Positions 63,701-64,000 of a stretch of 64,000 nucleotides of DNA are shown here, piece by piece. A program made the position numbers and the translations under genes. The notes under the pieces are model-generated. The model saw only the letters and a list, made by a program, of their open reading frames with translations, was not told the DNA's origin and did no database searches. The stretch is from Chiloscyllium plagiosum. Taxonomy: Eukaryota. The stretch covers positions 17,792,092-17,856,091 of the forward strand of contig NC_057750.1 in NCBI RefSeq assembly GCF_004010195.1, read 5' to 3'. Within the stretch, counting starts at the first letter, position 1. Every line of letters starts with the position of its first letter.

Positions 63701-63779
63701 TAACATGAATATTTGGAATTTTGCAGGATGAAGACCTCAAGTGGGTCGAAGAGAATATCCCAGCCTCACTGACTGATGT
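694..63779 (+). CDS. TMEM87A: Multi-exon TMEM87-family gene (TMEM87A-like; GOST family, lumenal domain plus 7 TM helices), partial at both ends; paralogue identity uncertain
   Basis: 18 exons join in frame (1526 nt) with consistent phases. Translation includes TMEM87 hallmarks [117 protein letters not shown] and [12 protein letters not shown]. Confidence 0.93.
1404..1495 (+). CDS. TMEM87A: TMEM87-family coding exon ([31 protein letters not shown])
   Basis: ttatctttcAG / GTAAGT; matches the TMEM87A-type 'C..L.ITWYL.S..C..E' motif. Confidence 0.9.
4885..5004 (+). CDS. TMEM87A: TMEM87-family coding exon ([40 protein letters not shown])
   Basis: tttcacctatAG / GTAGGT; 120 nt open, phase 0-0; contains SGxY...C as in the lumenal domain. 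Confidence 0.85.
7034..7352 (-). mobile_element. HE1-like tRNA-derived SINE
   Basis: tRNA-like head and shared body with other copies in the window; boundaries approximate. Confidence 0.75.
7710..8590 (+). mobile_element. Non-LTR retrotransposon 3' fragment (Rex1/Babar-like reverse transcriptase), degenerate
   Basis: [16 protein letters not shown] motif followed by frameshifted C-terminal coding and a caat-rich tail. Confidence 0.65.
8987..9046. repeat. 18-bp tandem repeat (aaccagaacctgcagtcc), about 3 copies
   Basis: Direct reading; sits in the 3' tail of a minus-strand CR1 fragment. Confidence 0.85.
9050..10205 (-). mobile_element. CR1-type LINE ORF2 3' fragment
   Basis: ORF 9189..9380 ([15 protein letters not shown]...) is CR1 ORF2 C-terminal; boundaries approximate. 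Confidence 0.8.
10296..10425 (-). mobile_element. 130-bp Penelope-like element with a minimal hammerhead ribozyme core and 13-bp TSD
   Basis: TGATTAAGTAATG at 10283-10295 and 10426-10438; minus strand reads CTGAAGA-A-GGGC-TTAT-GCCC-GAAA-CG-TC. Confidence 0.8.
11756..11806 (+). CDS. TMEM87A: TMEM87-family small coding exon ([17 protein letters not shown])
   Basis: ttctttttcAG / GTAAGC; 51 nt, phase 0-0, open frame. Confidence 0.75.
12287..12346 (+). CDS. TMEM87A: TMEM87-family small coding exon ([20 protein letters not shown])
   Basis: cttcacAG / AAG|GTAAGA; 60 nt, phase 0-0; variable charged linker. Confidence 0.7.
13842..14012. mobile_element. TA-flanked MITE (Tc1/mariner-pogo type)
   Basis: TA|CAGAACaagCTCGGTTATC ... 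GATAATCGAGGTTCTG|TA imperfect terminal inverted repeats; internal ttatc(c/t) repeats. Confidence 0.65.
14898..15024 (+). mobile_element. Short Penelope-like element with a minimal hammerhead core
   Basis: cac-CTGATGA-A-GGAGCG-T-CGCTCC-GAAA-GC-TA-gtg at 14898-14932; flanks agctttaaat / agcttttaaat. Confidence 0.75.
15277..15600 (-). mobile_element. HE1-like tRNA-derived SINE
   Basis: Minus strand GGGCGGCACGGTGGCTCAGTGGTTAG...GGTTCGATTCC (A and B boxes) plus the shared body. Confidence 0.85.
17054..17122 (+). CDS. TMEM87A: TMEM87-family small coding exon ([23 protein letters not shown])
   Basis: tctctgttcttccAG / GTAAGT; 69 nt, phase 0-0, purine-rich. Confidence 0.75.
18030..18866 (-). mobile_element. 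tRNA-derived SINE (DeuSINE/SacSINE1-like) interrupted by a solo LTR
   Basis: Minus-strand A box TGGCTTAGTGG and B box GGTTCAAATCC; similar uninterrupted copy at about 60495-60810. Confidence 0.65.
18316..18795 (-). mobile_element. Solo LTR, 480 bp
   Basis: TG...CA ends; perfect 5-bp TSD GGCCC (18311-18315 / 18796-18800); minus-strand TATAAA and AATAAA; CpG retained. Confidence 0.85.
19130..21000 (-). mobile_element. Degenerate CR1-type LINE ORF2 fragments (endonuclease to RT)
   Basis: ORFs with [17 protein letters not shown] and [11 protein letters not shown]; boundaries approximate. Confidence 0.75.
21855..22160 (+). mobile_element. HE1-like tRNA-derived SINE
   Basis: GGGCGGCACGGTGGCTCCGTGGTTAG...GGTTCGATTCC head and (aatct)n tail. 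Confidence 0.85.
23618..23783. mobile_element. Penelope-like fold-back element with a hammerhead core between the arms
   Basis: Inverted arms (aaaaagcatg..gctggaaaagcacagcagg / cctgctgtgcttctccagc..catgcttttt) around CTGACGA-A-GGGCTTATGCCC-GAAACGTC (23696-23723). Confidence 0.7.
24710..25610 (+). mobile_element. Degenerate CR1-type LINE 3' fragment
   Basis: tttgcagatgac (FADD) and CR1-like 3' sequence; boundaries approximate. Confidence 0.7.
27151..27287 (+). mobile_element. 137-bp Penelope-like element with a minimal hammerhead core and 13-bp TSD
   Basis: TATAATAGTCAAA at 27138-27150 and 27288-27300; core 27167-27201 identical to 14898-14932. Confidence 0.8.
27612..29205 (+). mobile_element. 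5'-truncated CR1/HER1-like LINE with a nested SINE
   Basis: RT motifs ([30 protein letters not shown]) with frameshifts; complete 3' tail. Confidence 0.88.
28286..28591 (-). mobile_element. HE1-like SINE inserted in the CR1 copy
   Basis: Interrupts ggtatg|ctttcc of the LINE, with 'tatg' on both sides. Confidence 0.85.
29300..29393 (+). CDS. TMEM87A: TMEM87-family coding exon ([31 protein letters not shown])
   Basis: tgtttgcAG / GTAGGT; 'QTW.DAPY.FI' motif. Confidence 0.92.
29984..30152. repeat. Imperfect CT-rich microsatellite (contains a 6-nt gap)
   Basis: Direct reading. Confidence 0.9.
31540..31860 (-). mobile_element. HE1-like SINE
   Basis: Same family as 15277-15600; (agatt)n tail. 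Confidence 0.85.
33490..33551 (+). CDS. TMEM87A: TMEM87-family coding exon ([20 protein letters not shown])
   Basis: ctctttctctccttgtAG / GTAAGT; conserved [14 protein letters not shown]. Confidence 0.95.
34631..35964 (+). mobile_element. CR1/HER1-like LINE with an inverted 5' segment (minus 34631-35143, plus 35146-35964)
   Basis: Minus-strand ORFs 34840..35145 and 34410..34829 encode RT up to [10 protein letters not shown]; the plus segment restarts at the same motif. Confidence 0.85.
35965..36582. other. Assembly gap (N run)
   Basis: Ns. Confidence 1.
36583..38810 (-). mobile_element. CR1/HER1-like LINE ORF2 5' part (AP endonuclease to RT), frameshifted, with a nested SINE at about 38012-38308
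   Basis: CIYFNARGL...[10 protein letters not shown]...GLYYRSPN (APE), then RT motifs up to the gap. Confidence 0.88.
39715..39925 (+). mobile_element. 5'-truncated HE1-like SINE
   Basis: Body and tail match the other copies. Confidence 0.75.
40118..40301 (+). CDS. TMEM87A: TMEM87-family coding exon, TM1-TM2 (FYMVMC...AQQGVS)
   Basis: ttttcctgcAG / GTAAAT; 184 nt; overlaps ORF 40076..40318. Confidence 0.97.
40770..40869 (+). CDS. TMEM87A: TMEM87-family coding exon, TM3 ([34 protein letters not shown])
   Basis: gttttgcAG / GTAAGA; 100 nt; phases fit both neighbours. Confidence 0.96.
40955..41845 (-). mobile_element. CR1-type LINE 3' fragment
   Basis: ORF 41243..41719 ([13 protein letters not shown]...). 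Confidence 0.85.
42663..42756 (+). CDS. TMEM87A: TMEM87-family coding exon, TM4 ([31 protein letters not shown])
   Basis: tttttaatcAG / GTAAGA; 94 nt; ends phase 0. Confidence 0.95.
43298..43863. other. Assembly gap (N run)
   Basis: Ns. Confidence 1.
43864..44270. repeat. CpG-rich 16-bp minisatellite (cgctctcgcacgctct)n next to an assembly gap
   Basis: About 21 near-perfect units to about 44200, then decaying. Confidence 0.95.
44372..45325 (+). mobile_element. Older CR1-type LINE 3' fragment
   Basis: [14 protein letters not shown] and [11 protein letters not shown] motifs with stops. Confidence 0.8.
45480..46688 (+). mobile_element. 5'-truncated CR1/HER1-like LINE
   Basis: RT motifs [15 protein letters not shown] and KFADDT; complete 3' tail. 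Confidence 0.88.
47373..47444 (+). CDS. TMEM87A: TMEM87-family TM5 exon 'A' ([24 protein letters not shown]), followed by a U12 AT donor
   Basis: ttcctccttAG acceptor; 72 nt, phase 0-0; ends TGG TGG|ATATCCTTTT. Confidence 0.9.
49933..50004 (+). pseudogene. Paralogous TM5 exon 'B' ((MNQ)[20 protein letters not shown]), apparently a decayed mutually exclusive exon
   Basis: Aligns with exon A ([10 protein letters not shown] vs [11 protein letters not shown]); last codon is TGA where TGG is expected; followed by ATTTCCTG (degenerate ATATCCT); in-frame AG at 49940-49941. Confidence 0.75.
50225..50820 (+). mobile_element. CR1/HER1-like LINE 3' fragment inside the U12 intron
   Basis: ORF 50345..50578. 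Confidence 0.85.
52300..52408 (+). CDS. TMEM87A: TMEM87-family coding exon ([36 protein letters not shown])
   Basis: AC acceptor after the U12 branch site; GTAAGT donor; 109 nt. Confidence 0.95.
54572..54630 (+). CDS. TMEM87A: TMEM87-family coding exon ([20 protein letters not shown])
   Basis: ttctttcctcAG / GTGAGT; 59 nt. Confidence 0.94.
56166..56269 (+). CDS. TMEM87A: TMEM87-family coding exon, TM7 ([35 protein letters not shown])
   Basis: cccAG / GTATGC; 104 nt. Confidence 0.96.
56630..57180 (-). mobile_element. CR1-type LINE 3' fragment
   Basis: Similar to the other CR1 tails; boundaries approximate. Confidence 0.75.
57646..57719 (+). CDS. TMEM87A: TMEM87-family coding exon ([24 protein letters not shown])
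   Basis: tgttttgcAG / GTGAGT; acidic cytosolic tail. Confidence 0.93.
59080..59692 (-). mobile_element. Solo LTR, about 613 bp, inserted in a LINE fragment
   Basis: TG...CA ends; flanks GCCAG / ACCAG (5-bp TSD, one mismatch); minus-strand AATAAA near 59224; host LINE-like sequence resumes afterwards. Confidence 0.7.
59747..60074 (-). mobile_element. HE1-like SINE
   Basis: tRNA-like head and (agatt)n tail. Confidence 0.85.
60495..60810 (-). mobile_element. tRNA-derived SINE, same family as 18030-18866
   Basis: Colinear similarity to that element without the LTR. Confidence 0.65.
61156..61217 (+). CDS. TMEM87A: TMEM87-family coding exon ([21 protein letters not shown])
   Basis: ttctatcttcAG / GTGAGT; 'EGMK.R..K.E.NG' motif. 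Confidence 0.93.
62277..63400 (+). mobile_element. 5'-truncated CR1/HER1-like LINE
   Basis: [20 protein letters not shown]...KFADD motifs. Confidence 0.85.
63727..63779 (+). CDS. TMEM87A: TMEM87-family coding exon ([18 protein letters not shown])
   Basis: ttttgcAG / GTAAGT; conserved [10 protein letters not shown]; the gene continues beyond the window. Confidence 0.95.
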
Positions 63780-64000
63780 GTAAGTCTCTCGAAGCTGATA
63801 TCCCCACTCCTCCCCAACTGTCCCACCTCTGGTGTTTTGCGATTTCAGAGGGTTACCCATGTTTCTGCAGTTAATCTTTTGAGTCCAATATGACTGTTCA
63901 GAACAGCTTAGTTTCTTCAGCCTGTTCTGGAAACATAGTTGAGTCCCACCATAGCAGATTTCAGTTCAATAAAATCTGGAATTAAAAGCTGGCTGTTAGA

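Overview
Vertebrate genomic DNA, most likely from a shark or other elasmobranch (inferred from HE1-like tRNA-derived SINEs and CR1/HER1-like LINE debris). The whole window lies inside one + strand gene of the TMEM87 (GOST, 7-TM) family. I traced 18 phase-compatible coding exons from 694 to 63779 (1526 nt, about 508 codons, no stops); the first and last exons lie outside the window. The main structural feature is a minor-spliceosome (U12-type) AT-AC intron (47445-52299) that contains a second, paralogous copy of the TM5 exon (about 49933-50004). This is a mutually exclusive exon arrangement in which the second copy appears decayed (TGG>TGA; ATATCCT>ATTTCCT). The introns hold truncated CR1-type LINEs, one with a twin-priming-like 5' inversion. 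They also hold SINEs, two solo LTRs with target-site duplications, a TA-flanked MITE, short Penelope-like elements carrying minimal hammerhead ribozyme cores, and a CpG-rich 16-bp minisatellite. There are three assembly gaps. No prokaryotic systems, CRISPR arrays, rRNA genes or true tRNA genes were seen.
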